A program made the position numbers and the translations under genes. Of a DNA stretch of 64,000 bases, positions 1 through 9,631 are shown piece by piece. Within the stretch, counting starts at the first letter, position 1. Each line of letters begins with the position of its first letter. The notes beneath the pieces were generated by a model, which had not been told where the DNA came from, made no database searches, and saw nothing but the letters and a program-made list of their open reading frames with translations. Source of the stretch: Minisyncoccota bacterium (GTDB lineage Bacteria; Patescibacteriota; Minisyncoccia; JAHIHE01; JAGLIN01); NCBI GenBank assembly GCA_041661265.1, contig JBAZUT010000002.1, positions 140,316-204,315 on the forward strand, read 5' to 3'.

Positions 1-348
1 GTCCAAAAGGTCAATTGCTTTTCGTATCAGATCCCGCTTTTGATGCTCCAGACCCGCCTCAGCAAAGATCTCAGCTTCCTTAACCTGAAGACCGATCTGC
101 GCCTCAACATATTCATTCGGATCTTTTTCTTCATTGACGATATCGTACTCGGTCTTATTCCATTGCAAAAACTCCTGAGTAAAAACAATATCGTCGGGAC
201 CGTTTTCTTTGAGCAGCTCTTTCAGCCTTGAAATGCGTTCTTCCTGCTCTTCTTTTCTTTTCTCCTTCCTGATAGCCGCATCGATCTCGATCTGTCCGGT
301 TGTCAGGAATAATTCATCATCCTTGATATTTCCGATTTTTTCAAACAT
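1..348 (-). CDS. hypothetical protein (partial, runs off window start)
   Basis: Manual translation from ATG at 348 gives MFEKIGNIKDDELFLTTGQIEIDAAIRKEKRKEEQEERISRLKELL..., open for 116 codons to the window edge; it lies directly downstream of queF. Confidence 0.7.
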   Translation of the reverse strand, partial: MFEKIGNIKDDELFLTTGQIEIDAAIRKEKRKEEQEERISRLKELLKENGPDDIVFTQEFLQWNKTEYDIVNEEKDPNEYVEAQIGLQVKEAEIFAEAGLEHQKRDLIRKAIDLLD

Positions 349-373
349 ATGGAATAATAAATAATTAGATCTG

Positions 374-871
374 CTATGTCCTGTCAAAATATGATTTCCG
401 GTCATAGTTTTCCTCGAGTTTTTCGATCTCTCTCTTTTCTTCAGGATCGATGCCTGAAGCGAATTTGATTATCATAGGCTTTATGGAAATTCCGCCTCTC
501 ACTGTAAAGTCGGCCCAGATCCTCATATATTTCGGACCTATTTTCTTCCAGATATCTCTGAATATCTTGTTGGCGACATCTTCGTGAAAATTTCCTTGAT
601 CCCTGAATGAGAAAAGATATAATTTCAATGACTTGCTTTCAAGACAAACTTTGTCCGGAACATAAACTATCTCGATCCTGGCAAAATCGGGCTGTCCTGT
701 GATCGGGCACAGAGTTGTAAATTCGTTGCACACGAATGGTACGAGATAATCGACATCACGATTTTTGTTTTCAAAAACAGCCAAGCGGATCGGGCCTTTG
801 TTTGCGATTTCTTTTCCGCAATTCTGCTTGTCTGAATAAAGCATTTTTTGTTTCTTCATGTCTTGAGACAT
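374..871 (-). CDS. queF: NADPH-dependent 7-cyano-7-deazaguanine (preQ0) reductase, unimodular type
   Basis: [15 protein letters not shown] catalytic Cys motif, QueF signature [12 protein letters not shown] and VRGGI motifs. Confidence 0.95.
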   Translation of the reverse strand: MSQDMKKQKMLYSDKQNCGKEIANKGPIRLAVFENKNRDVDYLVPFVCNEFTTLCPITGQPDFARIEIVYVPDKVCLESKSLKLYLFSFRDQGNFHEDVANKIFRDIWKKIGPKYMRIWADFTVRGGISIKPMIIKFASGIDPEEKREIEKLEENYDRKSYFDRT

Positions 872-901
872 TTATATGGTTATGTGCTTTTAAACTATCC
901 A

Positions 902-1864
902 TCACGAAGGATCGCTCTGCACGTCGCACCTCCCGACACATCCTGAGAAAGTAAGGTCATACGCTTTGAATTTTCCTTCCTTCGACCTGATCTTCAGAAC
1001 CCCCGAAACGGGAAAATCCGCTTTTATGATCTTATACGCCCTATATCCTGCAATATGGATATTTCCCAAGTCATCAACATCCTCGCCCCTGATCTCCTTC
1101 GGAAGCGGATCCCCTTCGAACATCACTTCCGCTCCCGCCTCTTTTCCAAAAGGCTCCATAACAAGATCTATCTCAGTGGCATTAAAATTCAGATATATCG
1201 ATGAACCGACCTTCTGGGTCTGAATACAGCCGGGCGCGGAAAAAAACTCTCCCTCAAGCGCCATCTCGTTTTGCGGAATTATCCTCGGACGTTTGTATAA
1301 AGCATCCTTGTCCGGAACATATCCGGAAGCATTCGCAGGAATCCCTTTTTTATAGCCAAAATGAATATCGGGCGTAGCGGAAAAACAAATATTATTCGTT
1401 CTTTCAGTGACCATCTCGGGAGATTTGACCTTTGTCTTTTTCATCTTGAGCAGCTCCTGGATAATTTTATCAAGCGTCGCATACCCGCCCTCCCCTATGT
1501 GGCAATAGACCACTTCGCCATTTTTGTTTATCAAGTAGTTCGTAGGCCAATACTTATTCTTGAATCTCTTCCAGTTCTTATATTCATTGTCCAGCGCGAT
1601 CGGCCAGTACATATCATTATCGATAAGTTTCCGCTTCACGCATTGGGGTCTTTTTTCAAACTCGAACTGTGGAGTGTGGATCCCGATCATCAGAAACTTC
1701 TGGTCTTTATATTTATTCCAAAGTTCTCTCATGCGCGGAAAAGACCTTGAGCAATTCACGCAGGTAAACGACCAGAAATTTACCAGAACGACGTAGCCCG
1801 AAAGATCTTTTTCGCTCAAAGGCTCGGAGTTAAACCATTTATTGCTCGTTATTTTTAGTTTCAT
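902..1864 (-). CDS. TlpA/redoxin-domain protein with DipZ-like C-terminal domain
   Basis: VLVNFWSFTCVNC (CxxC), IGIHTPQFEFEK, DNEYKNWKRFKNKYWP, HIGEGGY and terminal AYDLTF. The start is moved from 1975 to the ATG at 1864 (MKLKITS). Confidence 0.85.
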   Translation of the reverse strand: MKLKITSNKWFNSEPLSEKDLSGYVVLVNFWSFTCVNCSRSFPRMRELWNKYKDQKFLMIGIHTPQFEFEKRPQCVKRKLIDNDMYWPIALDNEYKNWKRFKNKYWPTNYLINKNGEVVYCHIGEGGYATLDKIIQELLKMKKTKVKSPEMVTERTNNICFSATPDIHFGYKKGIPANASGYVPDKDALYKRPRIIPQNEMALEGEFFSAPGCIQTQKVGSSIYLNFNATEIDLVMEPFGKEAGAEVMFEGDPLPKEIRGEDVDDLGNIHIAGYRAYKIIKADFPVSGVLKIRSKEGKFKAYDLTFSGCVGRCDVQSDPS

Positions 1865-2192
1865 AGATTTCGGTGAAATTTTGAAATATAAATGCTTCAG
1901 CCCTCCCCGGCTTTTCTCATAGATAAACGCTGATCCTTGCACAAATTGCCGTTCAAAAAAACAAAAAAACAGCACAAGACCTATTGATATTTTTATCGAA
2001 TAATAATGTTCTTCTTGGTTAGCATAAATAGTTATTTAACCTCAAGAAAAAATTATCGTCTTTAACTCGCTGCTTGATCCGCTAATTCAAATGTAGCATA
2101 AGAATACCACCAAATAGCCAAATGTCAATAGTACCGGGATGCTCACGGATCTGATCCTAAATATATACGCGTCAATGAAACTTCTTGGATAC

Positions 2193-2234
2193 TTGACATT
2201 TCCGTTTTTTTTCTTTAGCATCATCTTCAGGAGG
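2193..2234 (+). promoter_or_regulatory. sigma70-type promoter and SD of orphan gene 2242
   Basis: TTGACA 2193-2198, 17 nt spacer, TAGCAT 2216-2221; AGGAGG 2229-2234. Confidence 0.65.
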
Positions 2235-2241
2235 GCTGAAT

Positions 2242-2697
2242 ATGCCTGATTATGTAATATTAGCTGTCATGGCTTTAGTGGTAATATATTGGCTATTGTC
2301 CGTATTTACCGCTATAAGAAGAAGACGGAAACAAACTCAAAACGACAACAGAAGGAAAGAAGAACTGAACAAGTTCTTCAAACTGGACATAATAGATCCA
2401 ACAGAAAGCAAGGGAGCCCTGAAAACCGTCGAGGTCGTCGTCACTTTGCCAAAAGGAGAAGAATGCGACATTGAAGCAACCGACGATTTGTACGAAAAAA
2501 GCAATTCCCGATATAGCAGTTTCGTGCCAAGCTTTAAATCTGCCGGAGAACAGAAAATCATTGAGGACGGCGCTACTGTCATAAAAGTATCTCAGAAATT
2601 TGAAGTAAAATCCGCCACCAGAACGAAAATATCCGTAAAAGTCGGAGACTGGTGCACAACACTTGCCGAAAAGACTGCATTTATCCCACCGCAATAA
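2242..2697 (+). CDS. hypothetical membrane-anchored protein
   Basis: N-terminal TM helix followed by RRRRK; own promoter, SD and a downstream hairpin at 2696-2720. Confidence 0.75.
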   Translation: MPDYVILAVMALVVIYWLLSVFTAIRRRRKQTQNDNRRKEELNKFFKLDIIDPTESKGALKTVEVVVTLPKGEECDIEATDDLYEKSNSRYSSFVPSFKSAGEQKIIEDGATVIKVSQKFEVKSATRTKISVKVGDWCTTLAEKTAFIPPQ

Positions 2698-3229
2698 GAG
2701 AAAAACGCTTTCTCTTTTTTATTTTGCGCAAAGAAGGATAGATAGCGATCAGCTGCCGCATTACCAGCTCATTGGGCCTGATCTGACCCCCTCTGAAATC
2801 AAACCATACCCGCACAAAATCAGATCTCCTGATCTTCCTTATCCTTCCAATCTCAGGATCCTGCAGATAAATAGATCTCTTATCCAATCCAACCGCCACC
2901 GAATAATGTCCGTCTGCCATTTCCGAACCCGAATTATCCGGCCTTCCTCCCGTAAACCAATTAACGATCACGGGAATGCCGCCATCAAGCCAGTTTTGAA
3001 TATCACGATAGTTGCTCCGGTTCTTTACCCTTACCCTGAAACCCAGCCCCTCCGCTGCTTTTTTGATCCCGGAGTCATCAACTCCGAGACGCTTATTCCA
3101 TCCGGAAAGTTCCGCAAGTTCCTTTTCTGTTTTTTCAACACCATAAAAACGCAAAACCATCTTCAGGCTTGCGGGACCGCAATAGCTCATATTTAATGTC
3201 TCTTGAAAAGGCTTTACTTTCAAAATCAT
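2681..3229 (-). CDS. C39-like cysteine peptidase
   Basis: PFQE...YCGPASLKMVL (Gln/Cys), GHYSV (His), QDP (Asp). Confidence 0.85.
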   Translation of the reverse strand: MILKVKPFQETLNMSYCGPASLKMVLRFYGVEKTEKELAELSGWNKRLGVDDSGIKKAAEGLGFRVRVKNRSNYRDIQNWLDGGIPVIVNWFTGGRPDNSGSEMADGHYSVAVGLDKRSIYLQDPEIGRIRKIRRSDFVRVWFDFRGGQIRPNELVMRQLIAIYPSLRKIKKRKRFSLIAVG

Positions 3230-3255
3230 ACTTATCGCTTAGCCGCTAGACATGA

Positions 3256-3903
3256 CTATATCAATTTCTTTTCTTCAGAGTTCCTTATAACCTCCTCCAT
3301 ATTCTCATATTCATATTGCTTTCCCTGCACTTTTGTCGCTTCCTCGTCATATTCTTCCCAAGGAAACAGGTGTATATCGCTTGAAAGTCCGAGTTTTTTC
3401 GCCTCAAGCTTGTCCAGGGTTCTGGTTTCATTGGTAAGCTTCCCATAAAATATCTCATCGGCATAATTGTTCTTCTGATAGGAAAAATCCATATGATCTG
3501 CTGCATACAATATCTTCGAATCGGAAAATTTTTCCTTGAGATCCTTCGCTGCCGTCTGCGAAGCCTGTCCGAAGCAATGGTTATTCTCAACCAGAAGGAA
3601 AGTGGGTTTGTGATTGAAGCTGACATATTCCGGAAAACCGAGGATCTTCCTAAGCTGTACCTTTCCATCCTTGAAAAAATATTTGTACTGCATCGGAACG
3701 ATCCTAAGCATCTTCAACTTGAAAGCAAGAAAAGTTCCGGGAAAATTCCCTCCCCGAAGAAGAGGCACCACGGCATCTATCTTGGTCCCGCTTTCCCTTA
3801 CATATTTGTATACTTTCCCAAAAAGTGAATCCAGAGTCTGCCCATATTCACCCCAGGTTATCCTCGCAAAGTCCTCCCTCGTGTATTGCTCCGTATATGG
3901 CAT
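3256..3903 (-). CDS. phosphoribosyltransferase-fold protein (Gpt/Hpt-like) with atypical PRPP loop
   Basis: ITW..Y, VVPLLRGG and terminal FPWE match purine PRTases; the PRPP loop reads LLVENNHCFGQAS. Confidence 0.7.
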   Translation of the reverse strand: MPYTEQYTREDFARITWGEYGQTLDSLFGKVYKYVRESGTKIDAVVPLLRGGNFPGTFLAFKLKMLRIVPMQYKYFFKDGKVQLRKILGFPEYVSFNHKPTFLLVENNHCFGQASQTAAKDLKEKFSDSKILYAADHMDFSYQKNNYADEIFYGKLTNETRTLDKLEAKKLGLSSDIHLFPWEEYDEEATKVQGKQYEYENMEEVIRNSEEKKLI

Positions 3904-3912
3904 ATTTTTATT

Positions 3913-4332
3913 TTATTTATTATTTATAATATTTTCAACTATACGCTTCATATTTTCAGGCCTTAGGTCTGTCTTTTCCAGATCCTCCAGGGACAGCCAC
4001 TCCGGCACATGCGACCCTTCATAGAGACCATTGTCTGCATATTCCGGACCATTGCCGCATCCGACTTCCCCTCCCAAGACCCGGCATATATGGAACCGGT
4101 GTTCCTGATCGACCCCATCAAAAGCGACAATCTCGCTGCAGACATATTTTTCACTCGCAACCTCGACCCCCAATTCCTCCATGCATTCTCTTTTCAACGC
4201 CATAATCTCATCTTCGTCCTCCTCATCCACTCCGCCTCCCGGAAAAACCCAATAGTCATCATCCGCCTTGATCCTGTGTATCAGCAAAATCTTGCCGTTT
4301 TCAACTATGATCGCCCTGACTCTTTTTTTCAT
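3913..4332 (-). CDS. NUDIX hydrolase
   Basis: WVFPGGGVDEEDEDEIMALKRECMEELG Nudix box. Confidence 0.92.
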   Translation of the reverse strand: MKKRVRAIIVENGKILLIHRIKADDDYWVFPGGGVDEEDEDEIMALKRECMEELGVEVASEKYVCSEIVAFDGVDQEHRFHICRVLGGEVGCGNGPEYADNGLYEGSHVPEWLSLEDLEKTDLRPENMKRIVENIINNK

Positions 4333-4856
4333 TGATCGAATATTATTTTCTTGTAATTATATTTTTTCAGATCCTCCTCCAGCTCGTTGTATTTCATTCC
4401 GGCAAGAAATCCTCCCGCGAATGGAAGTTCCTGCGTGACATCGGCAAGACAAAAATCCGGCATCTTGAAATTGTCTTTTTCCGTCATAGTTTTAAATTCA
4501 AAATCCGCCAGAACCAAACCCTTCAATTCATCCTGAAAAATACCGATCTCCGCCATATGATCTTCGGACGGATAAAAATATCGCAATTTCCTGATCTTTC
4601 TTCCTTTGGCCTTTTCCAATATTTCAAATTCCTCACTGGAAAGCTTGATCGTATGTTCGTACTGGCACGAAGAATCTCTGCCTTCAACGGGAGTTTTTTT
4701 CGTTATCTCATAACTTTCCCCTCTTTTCCTTATTCTGAGGATCGGATGTCCCTCTTTTCGCGGAATATAGAGATCGCGGATCTCAACATGCTCGCAGTCC
4801 ATCATATCCGAAGGTATTTTTTTGACCAGAAACGTTCTCTCAAGTTCTATTTCCAT
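4329..4856 (-). CDS. CYTH (triphosphate tunnel metalloenzyme) domain protein
   Basis: N-terminal EIELERTFLV (ExExK-like), LRIRKRG, IRKLRY, ADFEF; 4-bp overlap with the NUDIX start. Confidence 0.85.
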   Translation of the reverse strand: MEIELERTFLVKKIPSDMMDCEHVEIRDLYIPRKEGHPILRIRKRGESYEITKKTPVEGRDSSCQYEHTIKLSSEEFEILEKAKGRKIRKLRYFYPSEDHMAEIGIFQDELKGLVLADFEFKTMTEKDNFKMPDFCLADVTQELPFAGGFLAGMKYNELEEDLKKYNYKKIIFDQ

Positions 4857-4914
4857 GCCATTATATCAGTTACTTTTATGTCATTTTAACATTTTTCTGA
4901 CAGCTTAGCAACAA

Positions 4915-4942
4915 TAAAAAATAGCCTTTTTAAAAGGCTATC
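4915..4942 (-). terminator. intrinsic terminator after purF
   Basis: Minus strand GATAGCC-TTTTAAAAA-GGCTAT followed by a T-run. Confidence 0.6.
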
Positions 4943-4947
4943 GGTTA

Positions 4948-6408
4948 TTATTCCATTTTGTTCAATGGCTTTATCGGATATCTTCCTCCGAAACATCCGC
5001 TGCAGATCCCGCAGTTATAGGTTCTTTTTACAACCTCATTGAGGCCTTGCAAGCTCAGATAGATAAGTTCGTCCGCCTCGATTATTTCCCTGATCTCTTC
5101 GATCGTTTTGTTGTAAGCTATGATCTGGCTTGTTTCCTGGTAGTCCATGCCGTTGGGACAGACATTCGTAATGGGAGGCGATGCGATGCACACTATCACT
5201 CTTTTTGCTCCTGCGCTTTTCAGCATTTGGACAATTATTTTCATTGTCGTGGATCTGACTATTGAGTCGTCAATGACTATAATGTCCTTCCCTACGACTT
5301 CGCCTTTCTTAAGGTGCAGTTTCTGCTCGACTATTCTCTTTCTTTCCTCGAAAGTCGGAGCCGTAAAAGACCTTGATTGAAGGATCTTGTAGCTGTGTGT
5401 CCTCTGGAATATCTCGTCGTACGGGATCTTAAGCTCTCTGGCAAGCCCTATGGCAGCGTGCTTTCCCGAATCGAGTATGGGTATCACGACTTCTCCTTTT
5501 ATATGGGGATTCTCAAGAGCGATCTGGCGGCCTGTTTCTTTCCTGAAATCTTCATGATAGCAGCCGTGATACAGCGTTCTTGGATTGGAAAAATATATTC
5601 CTTCAAATATGCAAAAGCATTCATCAGGTTCGGCATACTTCAGCCTTGTGAAATCTTTCTTACCCTTTCGGAATATGATCATTTCTCCGGGCGGAACGTC
5701 GAACAGGAATTTCGCCTGTGGAAATTGATCAAAAGCGATCGTCTCAGAACAAACCAGATATCCTTTATCGCATTTGGCCACGCTTAGCGGACGAACTCCG
5801 AATCTATCCCTTATGGCATATAGCTTTTCCTCAGTGAGAATGAGCAGAGAATATGCCGCTTCAACTTGCGTTAATGCGTATATTATCGCTTCATCTATCG
5901 TCTTTTTTCCGGAATTCGCGATAAGATGCACCAGAAGTTCCGTATCCGTGGTTGATTGGAAAACCGCGCCTTTTTCGAGAAGCATGTCCTCGATCTTTCT
6001 CACATTTACGAGCGTTCCGTTGTGCGCGATCGCAAAAGAACCGTATTTCGATTTCTCGATAATGAGCGGCTGCACATTGGCAACATCCAGATGATTTCCC
6101 TGAGTGGGATAGCGATTATGGCCTATGGCGATCCTTCCCGGCAAACCGTCATTGAACGCATCCTGTTTATATTTGCTGAACTGGGTGCTCACCGATCCTA
6201 TTCTTCTTTTTTGAAAAAAATTTCTTCCTCTTTTGCTGATTATGCCCACAGCGGATTCTCCTCTATGCTCCTGATGAAGGAGGCATTGAAAAACGCGATA
6301 TGACGCGCTTTCTATATTCACGGCAGCGGCTAATGCGCAATTTTCCGGAAATATCTTCCTGAGATCAAAATTCGTTTCACCTTTTAAGCTTCCTTTCAGA
6401 TATAACAT
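4948..6408 (-). CDS. purF: amidophosphoribosyltransferase
   Basis: Propeptide then EN|C Ntn nucleophile, HRG, GHNRY, AHNG, DTE, CIFEGIYFS, IDDSIVRSTT, CPNGMD and CSGC Fe-S cysteines. Confidence 0.95.
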   Translation of the reverse strand: MLYLKGSLKGETNFDLRKIFPENCALAAAVNIESASYRVFQCLLHQEHRGESAVGIISKRGRNFFQKRRIGSVSTQFSKYKQDAFNDGLPGRIAIGHNRYPTQGNHLDVANVQPLIIEKSKYGSFAIAHNGTLVNVRKIEDMLLEKGAVFQSTTDTELLVHLIANSGKKTIDEAIIYALTQVEAAYSLLILTEEKLYAIRDRFGVRPLSVAKCDKGYLVCSETIAFDQFPQAKFLFDVPPGEMIIFRKGKKDFTRLKYAEPDECFCIFEGIYFSNPRTLYHGCYHEDFRKETGRQIALENPHIKGEVVIPILDSGKHAAIGLARELKIPYDEIFQRTHSYKILQSRSFTAPTFEERKRIVEQKLHLKKGEVVGKDIIVIDDSIVRSTTMKIIVQMLKSAGAKRVIVCIASPPITNVCPNGMDYQETSQIIAYNKTIEEIREIIEADELIYLSLQGLNEVVKRTYNCGICSGCFGGRYPIKPLNKME

Positions 6409-6524
6409 GTTTTTTCTCCTTTTTTCGTCAACATTCGATTTTCAAATAGCACTTTCTCTTTATTCTAACAGATATGGCCACGCTTGCAAATGAAAAAAAA
6501 TGGATCGTTGTCCATTTTGATGGG

Positions 6525-6692
6525 TCATATTTTTGTTCCCTCCGGGATCACTTTTGCGCAAGTTAAACATAGGATATAGGATACGTTTTGCACCTTTTTT
6601 ACCTGAACATCGCGCTCCTTACAGCAGAATTCCGCAATGGGACACACCTCAAACATATCCTCGATCTCCTTCCTTAAATCTTCGTTTTCCAT
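6525..6692 (-). CDS. small putative zinc-binding protein
   Basis: MENEDLRKEIED...CPIAEFCC...CLTCAK; followed by a hairpin with T-run at 6492-6517. Confidence 0.5.
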   Translation of the reverse strand: MENEDLRKEIEDMFEVCPIAEFCCKERDVQVKKVQNVSYILCLTCAKVIPEGTKI

Positions 6693-6829
6693 ATTTTTGC
6701 TCACCTGATAAATAAATAGCATATTGATCGAGTTCTGACAATCCCCATGGCGGCAAATTCAGCACTGCGATCCGAAATCTTTTTCCGCATAGAAAAAAAT
6801 GACTCTTAAAGTCATTAGTTTTTATTATT

Positions 6830-8146
6830 TTACCTTCTTTCCCAGATCGGAATTTCCAGCAGTCTTTCAATAATTTCATTTCCGAAATATGCCTTTGAAT
6901 GATCCCTGATCTTCTTGTTCTTCATTATATATTCGAAGAAGATTCTTCCCGTATCGATATAGGAACTGTCAGTGGATAATTTTACTTCGTTAAACTCCAC
7001 CAGCATCATCTGGTCATATGTGGGATTTTCTACATTCACGGTTCTTGCGGACATGAATCCGATCCTCAGCTTATCCCTCCTTAACATTCCGTATTCCTTC
7101 CGCATAAACTCGGATCCGAAAGACTCCGGCTCATAGATGTTGTCAAAATACCAATTCCAGACATCGTCGGGCACCTTCTTGAAATCCCGCCTTTGCCGGA
7201 AACTTACATAATTCATAAATCCTCGGAATGACAAATAGTGGGAAACGTGATTCCTTCTTGGAAATAGAACTTCATAGGTTCCCCTGTCATTAATTCCATC
7301 TCTGTAATACGGAGTGAGCTCGGTTTTATCGCTGAATCTGACGTATGCCACTTCCTCAAAGCTGAAAAATGCATGTTGCGGAAAGCCGATAGGCTTGGCG
7401 ATCGTGACAGCCAGGGTCGGAACGAATTTCCGCCAATCGTCCTTGGGATGCGCGCAATCGAAATACACTTCTTCGCGCGCTTCCCCTTTTGCAAAACGGT
7501 CCTGAGAACCGGTTTTTCGCGACATGAAGCCATATGGCAGAGGCAAGGACAATTTTTCAATTGTGCCTTCTATGATATGTTTCATCCGGTCGAATTGGAT
7601 GCGCTCTTCTGTGTAATGATGCCCATACAGGTTCTGCCTTTCTTCGCACGAGATTATATTCTCCGGAACAAGTCCGACTTCGATGCTTCGGGCCAGATGC
7701 GGAAATATATATATCGCGGAATAGAGAATTCCATTCAAAGCGTTGATCCGCTCATTCACTTCATCTCCGGTCAATTCGCCGCTTTTTTCCTTGAGCTCCG
7801 TAAAGAGTTTGTTTATTCGCTCATTCATTCCCTGAATGCCGTTCTCTTCGAACATCGAAAGATATGGCAGCATGAGAAGGAAGTGCTTGACCTTCACCTC
7901 AACATTCGAACCTATCTTTTTGTCCTGAAATTCCTGCAACTTCAAAAGAAGATACCTGGCATTGTGTTCGGCGCCGTCATAAACTATGCCAGTTCCCCTG
8001 CTTCCCGCAAGGACATGGCGCAATTCAAGCTGCACTTCACTGTGAGCCTTTTTTGCATCATCCTCCTGCCGGATAATGTTGTTCAACTCTTCCAAGAATT
8101 CACCTAGGGTGTTGTTAACGAACTTTTTTATTGCTTCATCTTCCAT
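6830..8146 (-). CDS. hypothetical protein (438 aa orphan)
   Basis: Long ORF with GGAGG SD, TTGACA-16-TATCAT promoter (8241-8214) and a downstream hairpin at ~6792-6818. Confidence 0.8.
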   Translation of the reverse strand: MEDEAIKKFVNNTLGEFLEELNNIIRQEDDAKKAHSEVQLELRHVLAGSRGTGIVYDGAEHNARYLLLKLQEFQDKKIGSNVEVKVKHFLLMLPYLSMFEENGIQGMNERINKLFTELKEKSGELTGDEVNERINALNGILYSAIYIFPHLARSIEVGLVPENIISCEERQNLYGHHYTEERIQFDRMKHIIEGTIEKLSLPLPYGFMSRKTGSQDRFAKGEAREEVYFDCAHPKDDWRKFVPTLAVTIAKPIGFPQHAFFSFEEVAYVRFSDKTELTPYYRDGINDRGTYEVLFPRRNHVSHYLSFRGFMNYVSFRQRRDFKKVPDDVWNWYFDNIYEPESFGSEFMRKEYGMLRRDKLRIGFMSARTVNVENPTYDQMMLVEFNEVKLSTDSSYIDTGRIFFEYIMKNKKIRDHSKAYFGNEIIERLLEIPIWERR

Positions 8147-8301
8147 TATTTCGCCTCCATTTGAAATAAATTCATTATAGTTTCGCTAAATATGATTCTC
8201 TAGCGAACAGAACATGATAACATAAATCTATAAAATGTCAACGATCTTTTATACACTAAAAAAGACGCATTTTATACGTCTGATTTCAACCCGACGTTTC
8301 A

Positions 8302-9108
8302 CTATTTCCCGTCAGAAGCACCACCTATATGCTTGAAAATATGCTTGCCGTATTTTGGATGCGCATTCCTTTCTTTCGCCAGTTTTTCATACTCCGCCTT
8401 GATGCTTTCGATCGGCGGAACATCCAATCCTTTCAGCTTCAAAAATACGAGCGGATCGAACACGGCTTCCCTTCCGATCATCACGCCCCTGCAGTCTTTG
8501 AACTTTTCGACGTCTTCTTTCGTTTTTATGTCCCCGTTTGCGATTATATTCTTTCCTGTTTTCACGCATTCGGCGATGACCGTCCAATCGGCCTTATCGG
8601 CATAGGTTTCTTTTGCATGCCGTGCATGCATAACGAAATAATCCGCATCGACATTATTTATGAGATTCAGATATACTTTTCTGTCCTTTTCGAATTGGTT
8701 TAGCCCGGGTCTCATTTTTATGCTCGCCTCATAGCCGAAGCTTTTGATCATATCAATAAGCTTTTTCACTTTTGAGATCCTTTTTATCATCGCCGCTCCA
8801 TGACCGGAGCGCACTTCTTCCGGATCCGGACAGCCTAAGTTAAAATTGAATCCGCGGAATCCCTTTTCGGGCTTATACTCCGAAAGGAAACTGCGAAGAG
8901 AATCTTCTTTGTGGCCGATCAGCTGGATCGTGCAAGGAGTGTCGTCATAAAGCCTTATTCTTTCCCAAGCAAAGGGATCGCCTTTTGCCAGAGCCTCAAG
9001 GCTCGTCATTTCCGTGAAAGTCATATCCGCGCCATGGCAAATCGAACGGAAACATGAATCCGTCATATTCTCGATCGGCGCCAGCATATAATAGAATTTG
9101 TTTTCCAT
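8302..9108 (-). CDS. tRNA-dihydrouridine synthase family protein
   Basis: LAPIENMTD..FR, NFNLGCP, SIKMR, MHAR, IANGDI, GVMIGR. Confidence 0.92.
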   Translation of the reverse strand: MENKFYYMLAPIENMTDSCFRSICHGADMTFTEMTSLEALAKGDPFAWERIRLYDDTPCTIQLIGHKEDSLRSFLSEYKPEKGFRGFNFNLGCPDPEEVRSGHGAAMIKRISKVKKLIDMIKSFGYEASIKMRPGLNQFEKDRKVYLNLINNVDADYFVMHARHAKETYADKADWTVIAECVKTGKNIIANGDIKTKEDVEKFKDCRGVMIGREAVFDPLVFLKLKGLDVPPIESIKAEYEKLAKERNAHPKYGKHIFKHIGGASDGK

Positions 9109-9224
9109 AAAGAATTGTTTATTTAATATTCATCCTAATCAGTATAAATTAGTAATCAATTTAATACAAGGCAAATGCATCCTCCGGGTCTCAGTCAAAA
9201 TATCCGATCAAAAAATAAATGGGT

Positions 9225-9461
9225 TTATGCCGCAGCATTCACCCATTCGGTTTGCAACTCTGCCGTTGCTTGTTTTAAGGCCTCCAGCAGAAGATATGTG
9301 ATCCTGCTCGAATCGTATTTTATCCCCGGCCAATGAAATGGCTGGCGATTCACTTCAACATTAATATCCCTTCCGTCTTCGAAATGAGACTGGAGATCCA
9401 ACTTGATCTTCTGCTTCATTTTATTGATAGCTTTTTCTTCCTCTTCGTTAAGTTCTTCCAT
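9225..9461 (-). CDS. hypothetical protein
   Basis: GGAGG upstream of ATG 9461 (MEELNEEE); the ORF-track start at 9518 is probably too long. Confidence 0.6.
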   Translation of the reverse strand: MEELNEEEEKAINKMKQKIKLDLQSHFEDGRDINVEVNRQPFHWPGIKYDSSRITYLLLEALKQATAELQTEWVNAAA

Positions 9462-9548
9462 GGCCTTGCCTCCATTTGAATATACTTTTTGTTTCGATAC
9501 TATTCCTGAACATAACATGAAAGTCTATCAGTTCCCTGAAAAAAGTCA

Positions 9549-9578
9549 AGCCTTCCCCCTGACAGCCTTCCCCCTGAC
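9549..9578. repeat. 15-bp perfect tandem duplication
   Basis: AGCCTTCCCCCTGAC x2. Confidence 0.9.
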
Positions 9579-9631
9579 AGAATTCTATATCGGACTATAT
9601 GAAAAAAGAATATGAAAAAGTCATATTCCTG

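Noticed and set aside
872-901. preQ1 riboswitch upstream of queF
   Set aside because: Only a 30-bp gap, with no matching stem or A-rich tail.
9549-9578. 15-bp duplication as an operator or att site
   Set aside because: No other copy was seen; simple slippage is sufficient to explain it.
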